Made by a program: the position numbers and the translations under genes. This document shows, piece after piece, positions 1-15,187 of a stretch of 64,000 nucleotides of DNA; positions within the stretch are counted from its first letter, which is position 1, and each line of letters opens with the position of its first letter. The notes under the pieces were generated by a model. It saw only the letters and a program-made list of their open reading frames with translations, was not told the origin of the DNA and did no database searches. Source of the stretch: Eledone cirrhosa (lineage: Eukaryota); assembly GCA_964016885.1 (NCBI GenBank), contig OZ024751.1, positions 46,686,001-46,750,000 on the forward strand, written 5' to 3'.

Positions 1-3000
1 ACACACTTGTACGCTGAAAACACACACACACATACATACACACACTTGTACACTGAAAACACACACACACACATACACACACTTGTACACTGAAAACACA
101 CAAACATACATACACACACACGCTTGTACACTGAAAACACACACACATACATACACACACTTGTACGCTGAAAACACACACACATACATACACACACTTG
201 TACACTGAAAATACACATACATACATACACACACACGCTTGTACACTGAAAACACACACACATACATACACACACTTGTACACTGAAAACACACAAACAT
301 ACATACACACACTTGTACACTGAAAACACACATACATACATACACACACACGCTTGTACACTGAAAACACACACACATACATACACACACTTGTACACTG
401 AAAACACACACACATACATACACACACTTGTACACTGAAAACACACACACATACATACACACACTTGTACACTGAAAACACAGACATACATACATACACA
501 CACTTGTACACTGAAAACACATACACACACATACATACACACACTTGTACACTGAAAACACATACACACACATACATACACACACTTGTACACTGAAAAC
601 ACAGACAAACATACATACACACATTGTATACTGAAAACACACACACATACATACATACACACACTTGTATACTGAAAACACATAAACATACATACATACA
701 CACACACGCTTGTACACTGAAAACACATACACATACATACACACACTTGTACACTGAAAACACACACATACATACACACACTTGTACACTGAAAACACAC
801 ACACATACATACATACACACACTTGTACACTGAAAACACATACATACATACACACACTTGTACACTGAAAACACATACATACATACACACACTTGTACAC
901 TGAAAACACATACACATACATACATACACTTGTACACTGAAAACACATACATACATACACACACTTGTACACTGAACACACATACATACATACACACACT
1001 TGTGCACTGAAAACACACACACATACATACACACACTTGTACACTGAAAACACATACATACATACACACACTTGTACACTGAAAACACATACATACATAC
1101 ACACACTTGTACACTGAAAAGACACACACATACATACACACACACTTGTACACTGAAAACACACATACACATATATACATACACACACTTGTACACTGAA
1201 AACACACACACATACATACACACACTTTTACATTGAAAACACACATACACATACATACATACACACACTTGTACACTGAAAACACACACACATACATACA
1301 CACACACTTGTACACTGAAAACACACATACACATATATACATACACACACTTGTACACTGAAAACACACACACATACATACATACACGTGTACACTGAAA
1401 ACATACACATACATACACACGCTTGTACACTGAAAACACACACACATACATACATACACACACTTGTACACTGAAAACACATACACATACACATACATAC
1501 ATACACACAATTGTACACTGAAAACACACACACATACATACACACACTTGTACACTGAAAACACACACACATACATACACACACACACTTTTACACTGAA
1601 AACACACACACATACATACATACACACACTTTTACACTGAAAACACACACACATACATACACACACACACATGTACACTGAAAACACATACACATACACA
1701 CACACACTTTTACACTGAAAACACACACACATACATACATACACTTGTACACTGAAAACACATACACATACATACATACACACACTTGTACACTGAAAAC
1801 ACATACACATACATACACACACTTTTACACTGAAAACTCATACACATATACACACACACACATGTATACTGAAAACACATACACATATATACACACACAC
1901 ACTTGTACACTGAAAACACATACACACACATACATACACACACTTGTACACTGAAAACACATACACATACATACATACACACACATGTACACTGAAAACT
2001 CATACACATATACACACACACACATGTATACTGAAAACACATACACATATATACACACACACACTTGTACACTGAAAACACATACACACACATACATACA
2101 CACACTTGTACACTGAAAACACACACACATACATACACATACTTTTACACTGAAAACACATACACACACATACATACACACACTTTTACACTGAAAACAC
2201 ACACACATACATACATACACACACTTTTACACTGAAAACACACACACATACATACACACACACACATGTACACTGAAAACACATACACATACACACACAC
2301 ACTTTTACACTGAAAACACACACACATACATACATACACTTGTACACTGAAAACACATACACATACATACATACACACACTTTTACACTGAAAACACATA
2401 CACATACATACATACACACACTTTTACACTGAAAGCACATACACATACATACATACACACACATGTACACTGAAAACTCATACACATATACACACACACA
2501 TGTATACTGAAAACACATACACATATATACACACACACACTTGTACACTGAAAACACATACACACACATACATACACACACTTGTACACTGAAAACACAC
2601 ACACATACATACATACACACACTTTTACACTGAAAACACATACACATACATACATACACACTTTTACACTGAAAACACATATACATACATACATACACAC
2701 ACACACATGTACACTGAAAACTCATACACATATACACACACACACATGTATACTGAAAACACATACACATATATACACACACACTTGTACACTGAAAACA
2801 CATACACACACATACATACACACACTTGTACACTGAAAACACACACACATACATACATACACACACTTGTACACTGAAAACACATACACATACATACATG
2901 CACACACTTTTACACTGAAAACACACACACATACATACATACACACACTTGTACACTGAAAACACATACACATACATACATGCACACACTTTTACACTGA

Positions 3001-3765
3001 AAACACACACACATACATACATACACACACTTGTACACTGAAAATACACACACATACATACATACACACACTTGTACACTGAAAACACATACACATACAT
3101 ACATGCACACACTTTTACACTGAAAACACATACACATACATACATACACACACTTTTACACTGAAAACACATACACATACATACACACACACACTTGTAC
3201 ACTGAAAACAGATACACACACATACATACACACACTTGTACACTGAAAACACACACACATATACACACACACACATGTATACTGAAAACACATACACATA
3301 TATACACACACACACTTGTACACTGAAAACACATACACACACATACATACACACACTTGTACACTGAAAACACACACACATACATACATACACACACTTG
3401 TACACTGAAAACACATACACATACATACATGCACACACTTTTACACTGAAAACACATACACATTCATACATACACACACTTTTACACTGAAAACACATAC
3501 ACATACATACATACACACACTTGTACACTGAAAAACACATACACATACATACATAAACACACTTTTACACTGAAAACACATACACATACATACATACACA
3601 CACTTGTACACTGAAAACACATACACATATATACACGCACTTGTACACTGAAAACACACACACATACATACATACACGTGTACACTGAAAACACACACAC
3701 ATACACACACACACACTCAAACACATGCACACACATATACATATACACACATATACACACACAGA
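1..3765. repeat. CA-rich minisatellite, unit ~30-40 bp: (T/TT)GTACACTGAAAA core plus variable (CA)n/(CATA)n
   Basis: Around a hundred copies of the ACACTGAAAA core separated by CA/CATA runs; source of the MCVC/HTHT pseudo-ORFs. Confidence 0.97.
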
Positions 3766-3844
3766 TTTGAAGTGAAAGTAAAGTAAACGGATCTTCGTTG
3801 ATTTCGACGATGAATTTTTCAGTTGTTTGATCTTGCTCATTGAA

Positions 3845-4060
3845 AGTTTGTGTAAGTGGCTGAGTATTCCACAGACACGTGTACCAATAAAATACATCCT
3901 ATCCTCAGGGAGATTCAGTATAATAGTGTGTGACAAGTTTTCTCCTTTAAATTACAAGTACAGTCTATATTGTACTGTACGTAAATGGCCGTCTATTCCA
4001 CAAACACTTGTATCCTTAAAGTATATTCTCAGGGAGATTCGGTACAACAGTGTGTGAAGG
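3845..4060. mobile_element. Probable SINE-derived fragment with internal duplication
   Basis: AAGTGGCTGAGTATTCCACAGACAC...CTCAGGGAGATTCAG...GTGTGTGA occurs twice (about 3855-3935 and 3983-4058); SINE assignment is from recall only. Confidence 0.35.
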
Positions 4061-4310
4061 AAAGCTTACCTACATACATATGCATATACACATGATACAT
4101 ACATACATATATACATACATAAATACATAATACATATATACATAAAAAAACCCACACACACACATATATATACACATGCAAACATACATAAATACAAACA
4201 TTCATACATATATACAAATACATATACATACAAACATTCATACATACATAGATACATATATACATATATATATATATACATATATATATATACATATAAA
4301 TATATATACA

Positions 4311-4426
<116 letters not shown>

Positions 4427-4541
4427 CACATATATATATATACATATAAATATATATACATATATATATTTATTAAAATAACAAATTAAAGTTTAAGCAA
4501 AGAATCGCTGCTTTCACCCTTAATTTTAGTCTTCAAATTTA

Positions 4542-4609
<68 letters not shown>

Positions 4610-4779
4610 TACATATACATACAAACATACATACAAACACACATACATACATATATAAATACACACATATATGCATACATATGTACATATAGATACATAT
4701 ATATATTCATACAAACATTTATATATACAAACATACATACACATACATATCATAATTATACATTCATTCAGTACAAACT

Positions 4780-4849
<70 letters not shown>

Positions 4850-5258
4850 AGCCTACACACATTAAGCACAACAAAACGTATTATCCCACGCACACTTTCT
4901 CCTACATACACTTTCTCCTACACACATACAAACAGAACCACGCACACACACACACACACACACACCACTCCTAGATTTCACACTCCGCCATATTACGTCT
5001 TCCATATAAGGTAATCGGGTTTAATTGTGTAGGTTTTTTAACTATAAACCTCAAATCAAATCAAACCCAATTACCTTTAACAGTGATCAACGACTGATGA
5101 TTGCGATCGGTCGATTGATCGATTATCTTCACTATTATCATTATTACATGTTTAGTTTGGAACACACCACTGACAATAAGAGCAAACTATGGTTTTTCCA
5201 CCGACATCCCAGATGGGGTTAGTAGACACATCTACTTATTATTATTATTATTATTATT

Positions 5259-5291
<33 letters not shown>

Positions 5292-5325
5292 CTTGTTGTT
5301 GTTTTATTAATTTTATTAGTTTTGT

Positions 5326-5510
5326 CTGTGTCAAATCCTGTTGAGGTTAACTTTACCTTTCATCCTTTCGGGCTCGATAAAATAAAGCACCAGTAATGCA
5401 CTGGGGTCAATTTAATCGACTCCACCCCCCATCCCCCGCCAAAATAAAAAAAAGATTGTTAGCTTTATGCCTAAATCAGAAACAATTATTATTATTATTA
5501 TTATTACTGA
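5326..5510 (+). mobile_element. tRNA-derived SINE with Nin/Deu-type central domain (partial)
   Basis: CCTTTCATCCTTTCGGGCTCGATAAAATAAAGCACCAG core followed by an (ATT)n tail; about 10 copies in the window. Confidence 0.75.
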
Positions 5511-5921
5511 AAACCCTTAAGGCTTTATCCGGGCAGGTGATCGAAAGTATAAAACCAAGTTAGGGGACTGAAACAGAAATATCTCAAACGTTGTTATAAC
5601 ATGTTTGCAGCCTTGGACTAGCTTTGGGCTCCAGCATGGGAGTTTTCTCACCCTTAAATACTGACCCAGTATTTAGGATTTAAAACACAAAGTCGCCCTT
5701 TTATCCACTTTGATACCAAATCCCCTTAAACCACCCCTGGTTCTACGATACCTACAATACAAAGCTATATATTTTAATGTGGATTATATTAATCTAGAAA
5801 CCTTCCATCATAATTTTATGTAAGAAACTACAATTAGTTATGTTCCAAAAGCCACTTTAATAATTGTTTCTACTTTAGGAACAGGGCCTACAATTTGAAG
5901 GTGGGGGGGGGGGTCCTGACA

Positions 5922-5988
<67 letters not shown>

Positions 5989-6082
5989 GAAGTAATTCCG
6001 TCGGAAAAGTCCAGGAAAAAAGAGTGCTCTATGTAGGTAACAGAGCTTAATAGTTATGTAATAAACAATATAAGGCAATTAT

Positions 6083-6140
6083 TCCATTTACCAGTGGTTT
6101 CTTAAAAGCAAAAAATTTTGCTTTCAATCATCAGAATGAA
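6083..6140 (-). ncRNA. Type I hammerhead ribozyme motif
   Basis: Minus strand reads TTCATT-CTGATGA-[TTGAAAGCAAAA..TTTTGCTTTTAA stem II]-GAAAC-CACTG-GTA-AATGGA. Stems I, II and III all pair and the cleavage triplet is GUA. Confidence 0.85.
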
Positions 6141-6652
6141 AAAATCCTGGTCTGTTTATTGAATTTGAATTTGAATTTGCTATATATATATATATATATA
6201 TATAAAGTGGAAGCTTAGTAAAATCAAAGATTTGGCTGTAGCCAAGCAAAGTCGACCTATAGTAAGGAATGAGTAGCAAAGCACTCCTCAGAGTAATAAC
6301 ATACGTTTAAATAGCTTGACAAATTGAAAATTGCGGTAGGCAAAACCCAACCATACAATACCAAAGCAACGAAAGAATTAATCAGGTTATACATATATAT
6401 ATTTGACTAATGTGATTTACCGATTGATAGTGAAATATATTTCTTTATTTAATGAAATATATACAAAGGAGATTAATCATTTTAAAATGTATCTATATTT
6501 GAAGTTCTAGTGAAACTTTAATTAGTTACCTTCCTATCTGTGTGTGATTACACACTTTACAAATTATTCGCTGTGATTGTTTCATGTTTATTTTATATAT
6601 ATATATATGTCAATCAATTTCTAGTTGATATATATGCATGTATATATATACA

Positions 6653-6735
<83 letters not shown>

Positions 6736-6761
6736 TGTAATAAACAACATAAGATAATTAT

Positions 6762-6822
6762 TTCATTTACCAGTGGTTTCTTGAAGACAGATGTTGTGTC
6801 CGTCTTCAGTCGTCAGAATGAA
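6762..6822 (-). ncRNA. Type I hammerhead ribozyme motif (paralog of 6083-6140)
   Basis: TTCATT-CTGACGA-C[TGAAGACGGA..TCTGTCTTCA]A-GAAAC-CACTG-GTA-AATGAA. Flanks match the 6083 copy but stem II has a different, still paired sequence. Confidence 0.85.
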
Positions 6823-6886
6823 TAAAAAAACACCTGGTGTTTTTATTAAATATGGATTATATATATATGCATGTATATATATACAG

Positions 6887-6923
<37 letters not shown>

Positions 6924-6959
6924 ATGTGTGTATATATATACTGTTTATATATATATATA

Positions 6960-7079
6960 TATAAAGAAAAAAAGATGAAATCGAAAATGCAACTGGAGTC
7001 TTATTTAAAAAAATATATATATATTTAAAAAAAAATAAGACTCCAGTTGCATTTTCGATTTCATCTTTTTTTCTTTATA
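6960..7079. repeat. Fold-back inverted repeat in (TA)n
   Basis: TATAAAGAAAAAAAGATGAAATCGAAAATGCAACTGGAGTCTTATTT is followed by its reverse complement after an AT spacer. Confidence 0.9.
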
Positions 7080-7325
7080 CTTTCACTCGTGTAGGACACC
7101 TCGGTTATTTTTCATTTTGTAAAAAAACCTCACTTTCTAATATATATATATATATATATAATATATGCATGTATATATATATATATATATATGCGCAACC
7201 GGTAAAAACTTAAAAACTTAAAACCACAACTGAATACTAACCCATACAATCACTAATACTCTTTTATTCCTAATTAAACCATTTTTCAACTGTGATCAAT
7301 TTGTCAGCATTTTCTATTCCGTTTA

Positions 7326-7380
<55 letters not shown>

Positions 7381-7383
7381 TAT

Positions 7384-7436
<53 letters not shown>

Positions 7437-7439
7437 GCA

Positions 7440-7521
<82 letters not shown>

Positions 7522-8073
7522 CACACACATATATATATATATGCGTGTGTGTGTTGTGCGATTTGGGAATGATTGTTGTTATTTTTGTGGTTCTCCTGTA
7601 TGAAGATGAAGGTGATATAAATAATATTCTAATTGCTTTATTAGTTGCATTCCTGTCAAAGTTCGTGTGAATTTCATTAACATACAGTAAACACTAATAG
7701 TCAAAACAACCAACTTGTCATTTTCTTTGTCGATTTCTTACTGTTTTAAATTATTCATTACACCGAATCTCAGGAAAAACAGCACCAGAAACAATAAGAA
7801 CAATCGAAAATATTCGACTGTGGGAAATAATTTATATGACGAATGAGACGGAAATAAAAAATTTGCATGCCCTTGTTTATTGATGAGCTTTTCTAGAAAG
7901 TAAATGTCACCGTAGCCTGCCTAGAAGACTAAAATATTCAAGTAAAAGCCAGATCTGGGTGGAGTTGATGGGTTAGGAGGTTTGGTGTTCCGTGCTTGTT
8001 TGACTTGTTAGGAATATCAGACAGATATATATTCCTTCAAAACACATTTTAAGACAGTGGGTTCCCTTTCTAG

Positions 8074-8422
8074 CTTGAATAAAAGATGCAATGTGGACAA
8101 CAACAAAAATGTGATTGATCATAAGTCTGCTGTATCATAGCTGACCTAGGGCTAAATAATAGTTACAACAACGAAGTACACATTAGATAATGTAGTCCTT
8201 GATACACTATGTCTGGATAAAAGATGCAATGTGGACAACAACAAAAATGTGATTGATCATAAGTCTGCTGTATCATAGCTGACCTAGGGCTAAACAACAG
8301 TTACAACAAGGAAGTACACATTAGATAATGTAGTCCTTGTCTGGATAAAAGATGCAATGTGGACACATCACATCTGTGATTGATAATAAGTCTGGTGTGT
8401 CATGGCTGACCTAGGGCTAAAA
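8074..8422. repeat. Tandem triplication of a ~128-138 bp unit (probable SINE 3' part)
   Basis: ATAAAAGATGCAATGTGGACA...GCTGACCTAGGGCTAAA occurs three times. Confidence 0.85.
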
Positions 8423-9040
8423 ATAGATGACATTTCAGATCAGTTCATTGAGGACAGAGTGAAATATTTGTTTTTGCTTAAAAAAACAACGAAACTGTTG
8501 CTCTATTCTAAAAGGGAGACAATCTAAAATGCCGATAAATAATCAATGTGGATGGCCACCAATCCAATCCATGGCCTTCTCACTTTGTTGGAGGAACCCT
8601 TCGCTGATTGGCCTCAGCCACTTATTGTTTGGATATAGTCACGTCAGGGGTGTAGCTGTATTCACCACGCTTGGCCAATTATGGGTTGATGAGGCTATTT
8701 AACACATAGTAGGGGTGGATGGCCGTTGATTATGAGGAGTTCATCTTCCCCTTTTAAAAAGCTCTTGTTGTTTGTGTTGTTGGTGCTCCTCTTCACCAAA
8801 CCAGGATCTGGTGAGGGATGGCCATCACTTGATTAAACATGCAAAGGTGGAAGTTTTAAAGGCTCAACAGTTTCTAAACACAACATATAATATAAAAGAT
8901 GAAAGAAGTTGTGTAAAATAAAAACAATTTATTTAGCAGACTTGAATATAATATTGGTTTCTTTTTTTACGTAGTACGCCTTTTATAACAGCTTAGTATT
9001 CGTCAACATCCAAAACATAAACATACACATACCGACCATA

Positions 9041-9195
9041 TATTGGTTTCTTATGTAGGCACAAAGTCAGCAATTTTGGGGGAGGGGAAAGTCGATTAAA
9101 TCGACCCTAGTGCGTGACCGGTGCTTTATTTTATAGACCCCGTAAGGATGAAAGGCAAAGTTAACCTCGGCGGGATAAATCTTGAGATGTGAATA
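9041..9195 (-). mobile_element. Nin/Deu-type SINE (partial)
   Basis: Reverse complement of the SINE core: GTCGATTAAATCGAC...GATGAAAGGCAAAGTTAACCTCGGCGG. Confidence 0.75.
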
Positions 9196-9317
9196 TAATA
9201 TTAAAGATAAAAAGAAGACATTTATGATGAAGTAATGAGGAATTTACTGGTACTATAGCCAGACTATAATTTTAGATGGGTATCAATGGTTCTAAGAGTA
9301 TTTAGTTATATCATAGT

Positions 9318-9550
9318 GATGTGTTGTGTCCTTGAGCAAGACACTTTATTTCACGTTGCTCCAGTTTACTCAACTGTAGAAATGAGTTGCGACGTCACTG
9401 GTGCCAAGCTGTATTGCCCTTTGCCGTTCCCTTGGACAACATCGGTGGCGTGGAGAGGGAAGACTGGTGGTCTTACACCAACAACCTTCCCTAGACTTAT
9501 ACCTCAGAGGTTCAAATAGGTGCAAATCTTTATAGGTGCATATCTCGTGG
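9318..9550 (+). mobile_element. SINE body with GTCCTTGAGCAAGACACTTTATTTCACGTTGCTCC central motif
   Basis: Central motif shared with the SINEs at 23431 and 41352, but the 3' tail differs. Confidence 0.6.
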
Positions 9551-9984
9551 TCATTTGTGATGCCTGCCTACTTACATACATACAGAATACATACATACAA
9601 AATACACCCCCCCCCCCCACACACACATATATTTATAAATTAATCTAAATTAAATTCCAATGAGTGAAGGAGGGTTGTTTTTAGGGTGGAAACCGGTTCT
9701 TTCTCTGTTGGTGAGAAATTTGGAAAAGATTACATTAGTAGAATTGATATACAGATTACCATGTACATGTATAGTCACACATACACACTAGCACACACAT
9801 AAATACACACATATACATAGATACAGACATATACGCATTCACATACATACACGCTATACCCCCCCCCCCCCCTACCGCCACACACACACACAGTGTAGTG
9901 GAAAAACAGAAACAAAAACGAGACGGAATATGGTCCCAATTAAAAATATTAGTTTAACGTTGCAGAGATTTGAGAGAAAGTCAG

Positions 9985-10022
9985 TGCATAACGTTTCGGG
10001 TTACGCTCTTCATCAGTCTGTA
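9985..10022 (-). ncRNA. Degenerate minimal hammerhead motif
   Basis: CTGATGA-AGAGCGTAACCC-GAAACGTT on the minus strand; stems I and II are partly decayed. Confidence 0.45.
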
Positions 10023-10389
10023 GAGAGAAGAAGCAAACCACATAGGATAATAACGGAAAAAATCAAAAACAAGGAAAGAAAATAGCAAGACCCCGTAAAG
10101 GGTTTGTTTTATGTATACTTATACATAGTAACAGTTAAACTGAATGAACATTCAATACACCTGCATCATTCTCAGTTATTCGGTCGATAAAATAAAGTAC
10201 CAGTCACATACTTGGGTAGATATAAGCGACTAGAACCTTACAATAATTCTCGGATCTTGTGCTTCTGTAAAAAATATACAACAACAATAATTGTTTCTAC
10301 TAGGACACCCGAAGTCCTGACCCTCCTCGTTCTTCTTTCGAAATAGGAAGGGAAAATAACGTAATCGTTACTGCGATAAAGATCACATG

Positions 10390-10670
10390 ATCCTTTAGGA
10401 TGAGGGCTTCGCCTCTGAAAAGCATTTCATGCCTCCAAAGTACCTTGCACTTGAGACGAATTCAATGTCAGGCCATATTTCATTTAATGCTCTTTCAATT
10501 TGGCCCTCTAGTGCTGCTTTTGAGCGTCGAGTTTTTTTTTTATTGATATGCAGCAATACAGCACCATTCTTTTGTTGTTGCAACCAATACCTCTGATAGG
10601 AAGACCAATTATTTTCCTTCTCTCCTGCATGGAGATCAATTTGGCCGCCTGTGCCAGTCATGAGTCACTT
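10390..10670 (-). mobile_element. Possible highly decayed RTE-like LINE 3' fragment
   Basis: Peptide ...LHINKKKTRRSKAALEGQIE... resembles RTE C-terminal GHI..R...LEG.IEG; weak match. Confidence 0.3.
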
Positions 10671-11119
10671 TTGAAAAGAAACATGTTCGTTTGCTATCAC
10701 TCCACGTGTTTCGTTGTTGTTGTTATCTTGTGTCATACTGGCCTTTGGCTTTTCCAATCAGTGGATATCTGTTTGTACCGTTTGATGGATGTCATTGGAG
10801 GATTTTCCCTTCCATTTTTATTTATTTATTTTTTTTTTTAAATAAGGAATGTATTTTTAATTAAAATACATATCTTGTCCCTAAAGGCCGAATTTTCAAG
10901 GATGCATTTTTACAGGGCAAAGTATGGCGCCTTTTATAATGTTAAATAAAAAATACTTAAGAATCGGGTAAACACATAACAAACTTACGGAGCAAATGTA
11001 TGCATGGCAAAAAGTTCAGAAGCAAAGTACAATAAAATTTTATCAATCCACACACTGCTGTTTGAAGCCACGACCATGATGTTTGTTTCCGGTTGAGCTA
11101 TGTTGTGCTGCCATTATTG

Positions 11120-11304
11120 AAGGCGGTGGATTGGCAGTATCGGTAGAGGGTCGGACGCTTTGCTTTGACGCATAGAGTTACGGCCCTTGCCATTCTCCCG
11201 CCGAGGTTAACTTTGTCTTTCATCCTTACGGGGTCGATAAAATAAAGTACCAGTAATGCACTAAGTAATTGCTGGCCTTGTACCAAAAGTAGAAACAATT
11301 ATTG
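11120..11304 (+). mobile_element. tRNA-derived Nin/Deu-type SINE
   Basis: Head GGCGGTGGATTGGCAGTATCGGTAGAG (A-box-like) plus core CTTTCATCCTTACGGGGTCGATAAAATAAAGTACCAG. Confidence 0.8.
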
Positions 11305-11328
11305 AAGGCAGCGTTATATATTTCTATA

Positions 11329-11377
<49 letters not shown>

Positions 11378-11652
11378 CATCCATTGGTTACGCAACTTGT
11401 TGACGCCCATCACATCATGAAAACGAACGGACGATGTTTGTGCAAACGTTTCGCCACATTTTTTTCCTTCGTTTATATCTTTTTATATAAAAATGAAAAT
11501 AATAATGCATTTTTTCATTTACAACATATGGTTCAAATATGAATGGTTTAATATCTTATTTCTAGCTTTCTCGTAGACCCTTACCATGGTTCATGTTTGA
11601 GAAAAGAAAAACAATTGAATATTTTCCATTTTCTTATTTTTTCTTTGATCAG

Positions 11653-11802
11653 GTGTATTAAACCGAACGAAGAAAAAGTTCCGAATAAGTTTGAATCGGA
11701 GCATGTCTTAGACCAACTACGAACAAGTGGACTGATGGAGATTGCTAGGATCAGACAGCTGGGCTTCCCAGTAAGGATTGGATTTCAAGACTTCATTGAC
11801 AA
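11653..11802 (+). CDS. CHS: Myosin-motor chitin synthase, exon A (myosin head, SH1/SH2 helix region)
   Basis: Pyrimidine tract and AG at 11651-52; (R)CIKPNEEKVPNKFESEHVLDQLRTSGLMEIARIRQLGFPVRIGFQDFID(K) is the canonical myosin CIKPN...QLR..G..E..RIR..GFP.R motif; GTAAGA donor at 11803; phase 2/2. Confidence 0.93.
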
Positions 11803-11835
11803 GTAAGACAAATCATTCATATATACACTCAAGAG

Positions 11836-12041
11836 CAGGCATGTCAAATATGCGGCCCTTTACAAGTACACCTGCGGCCCGCACAAAGGGTTTTTTACAG
11901 CGAGAGCATGTTTTATTTTCGTAATATAAAATAAAATAAAAAAAAAATTTGTTCTAATGTGAGCAATTGTCGAGTGTGGCTCTCCGACAACACATATGTG
12001 AACCATGTGGCCCTCGGGGGAGCCTCTGTTTCACATGTCTG
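11836..12041. mobile_element. Non-autonomous hAT (Charlie/Buster-like) MITE, 206 bp
   Basis: Imperfect TIRs CAGGCATGTCAAA / TTTCACATGTCTG with a perfect 8-bp TSD CTCAAGAG at 11828-11835 and 12042-12049. Confidence 0.9.
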
Positions 12042-12207
12042 CTCAAGAGTATTCACATCACACACATACACACATGTATATATATATATAGTAATAATAA
12101 TAAATGTAAAGACTAAAATCCCGTTATGGGTGAAAGCAGCGATTCTTTGCTTAAACTTTAATGTTATTTTAATAAATTAATATATATATATATATACTTT
12201 ATATATA

Positions 12208-12246
<39 letters not shown>

Positions 12247-12256
12247 TTGATATATA

Positions 12257-12317
<61 letters not shown>

Positions 12318-12496
12318 TTGATATATAAACATATATATATATATATATATACACTTTATATACTTTATATACATTATAAAACTCTTTTTTAAAATAATTG
12401 TCCCTCTCATTTTTTCAATGTCACTTTGACGAATCAAAGAAACGGGAAAAAAAGGAAAACCGACCCTTAAATATATTTTCAGTGCTATTTCCAGCT

Positions 12497-12571
<75 letters not shown>

Positions 12572-12708
12572 GATGAAGGCTGGAAGATCACTGATGAAGG
12601 ACTAATTTTATTCATATGTAACCCATTTGCAACCACGCAGCACGCCATCTTTTCATATATTTATATAGTAGAAATATGTATGAGTGTATATAATTGTATA
12701 TATATATG

Positions 12709-13067
<359 letters not shown>

Positions 13068-13439
13068 GAAATATGTATGAGTGTATGTATGTAGGTGATG
13101 TAATAGGAAGGATTCGAGTCTGTTTCATTGACTATTGAAGAATCGTTAAAAATGGGATGAATGTAGCTGTGTGAGAGAAAAACTGTTAATAGAGTGTTTT
13201 ATTATTTGTCAATAAGGAATTTCAATAAAGTGTACTTAAGTTAGTCATGGCTGACATGTATAACACTTTACAGCAGCATCAACAACAACGGCAACAAGGG
13301 AATGCTGGGGGCGAGACAGAATACATAAAGACAACAGAAAAAGTAAATAAAGGTTCAGTTGTTATACTAATTCTCTACTAATTCTAAAAATAGATAAAAA
13401 AAAACATATATATGCATATACACACACAGTACACACTCA

Positions 13440-13560
<121 letters not shown>

Positions 13561-13624
13561 CATATATATACGTATATATATATATGTGTATATACACACA
13601 TACACGCACACGCATATATACGTA

Positions 13625-13993
13625 TATAGTAGCCGTTATTTCTCAACTTTAGCTCCCACCCCCCTATCTTGTTCCAATTAACAAAACACCAATCTATGCA
13701 AAACTTTAGCTCAAGCAGACGACTGTAAGCCGACACTCATCGATCGTGAAATTTTGAAGTTTTCGCCCGGAAAGTCATTTTTTCAGATAACATTTTTTTA
13801 TCTCTTATGAAATTTTCTCTTTAATTAAAAACTTGTTCAGACTTATTCTTGGTATTAGAAGGATAAGTGACAATAAATATAATGGAGAAGGCAACTTGCA
13901 AAGCTGTGGACAGAGCGCAGGTATAGGGCAAACACCTATTTTTCGTTGTGGGAGCAGCAAACTTTTAACTTTCGGAAAATTGCCTATTGCTAC
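13625..13993. mobile_element. Non-autonomous relative of the Sola2-like DNA transposon at 15187-15770
   Basis: 13651-13738 is an inverted match to 15648-15735; 13950-13992 (GGGAGCAGCAAA...CCTATTGCTA) directly matches 15730-15769. Confidence 0.55.
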
Positions 13994-14044
13994 ATATATC
14001 CGTATGTGGTTGACAGCTGAGAGAAATGAGTACTCGGTATTGAG

Positions 14045-14134
<90 letters not shown>

Positions 14135-14269
14135 GAGTTAAACAAGATTCAATGAGTATATCAAAGAATGAGTTTTAAAGTAGATTAGAAGCACTCTATG
14201 GGAAATAATTTTCCAGAGTTATTAATATTAAAATACAAATATTAATAAAATAGATGTTCTTTTGATCAA

Positions 14270-14330
14270 TTACATTTTATTATAGATATTTCGGATGTAC
14301 AACAGTGCGTCCTCATCAGACAAAATATAA
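14270..14330 (-). ncRNA. Type I hammerhead ribozyme motif
   Basis: TTATATTTTGT-CTGATGA-[GGACGCAC..GTACATCC]-GAAATATCTATA-ATAAAATGTAA. Stem I is 11 bp including G-U pairs; the triplet is AUA. Confidence 0.8.
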
Positions 14331-14427
14331 TGATACATGACATGCCCTGAGATGTTAAATGGTTAAGATTTAATCAAGGTAGTGATTAACCTAAGAGAAA
14401 GTTTAACATTTATACCCTAATAATGAG

Positions 14428-14496
<69 letters not shown>

Positions 14497-14500
<4 letters not shown>

Positions 14501-14620
14501 GAAGGACGTGTGGTAAGGAACCAGATGGACCATAACGCACCAGAGTACTCAGAAAGGAGAGGTCCAGAAATAGCCGTCGCAACGGCTTGAGCTCTGCCGT
14601 CGGGGTTAAACATTTTCCTA
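14497..14620. mobile_element. Family A element, rearranged copy
   Basis: GTGGTAAGGAACCAGATGGACCATAACGCACC joined to inverted CCAGAAATAGCCGTC..ACGGCTTGAGCTCTGCCGTCGGGG, within (TA)n. Confidence 0.75.
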
Positions 14621-14655
14621 TATATATATATATATATATTACTCAATACCGAGTG

Positions 14656-14713
<58 letters not shown>

Positions 14714-14725
14714 TATATATATATG

Positions 14726-14918
<193 letters not shown>

Positions 14919-14934
14919 TCTCCTTACATATTTC

Positions 14935-15187
14935 GAAAGGAGAGCAAGGAGAAAAGGAGAGCAATGAGAAAAGGAGAGCAATGAGAAAGGGAGAGCAATA
15001 AAGCAAGGAGAGCAATGAAGAAAGGAGAACAATGAGAAAAGGAGAGCAGGGAGAAAAGGAGAGCAATGAGGAAAGGAGAACAAGGAGAAAAGGAGAGCAA
15101 TGAGAAAAGTGGAGCAATGAGAAAAGAAGAGCAATGAGAAAAGGAGAGCAGTGAGAAAGAGAGAGCAATGAGAAAAGAAGAACAAGG
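14935..15187. repeat. GA-rich minisatellite (~18-19 bp, AAGGAGAGCAATGAGAA)
   Basis: About 13 tandem degenerate units. Confidence 0.9.

Noticed and set aside
1-3765. CRISPR-like repeat-spacer appearance
   Set aside because: The spacers are only CA/CATA runs, the context is eukaryotic and there are no cas genes.
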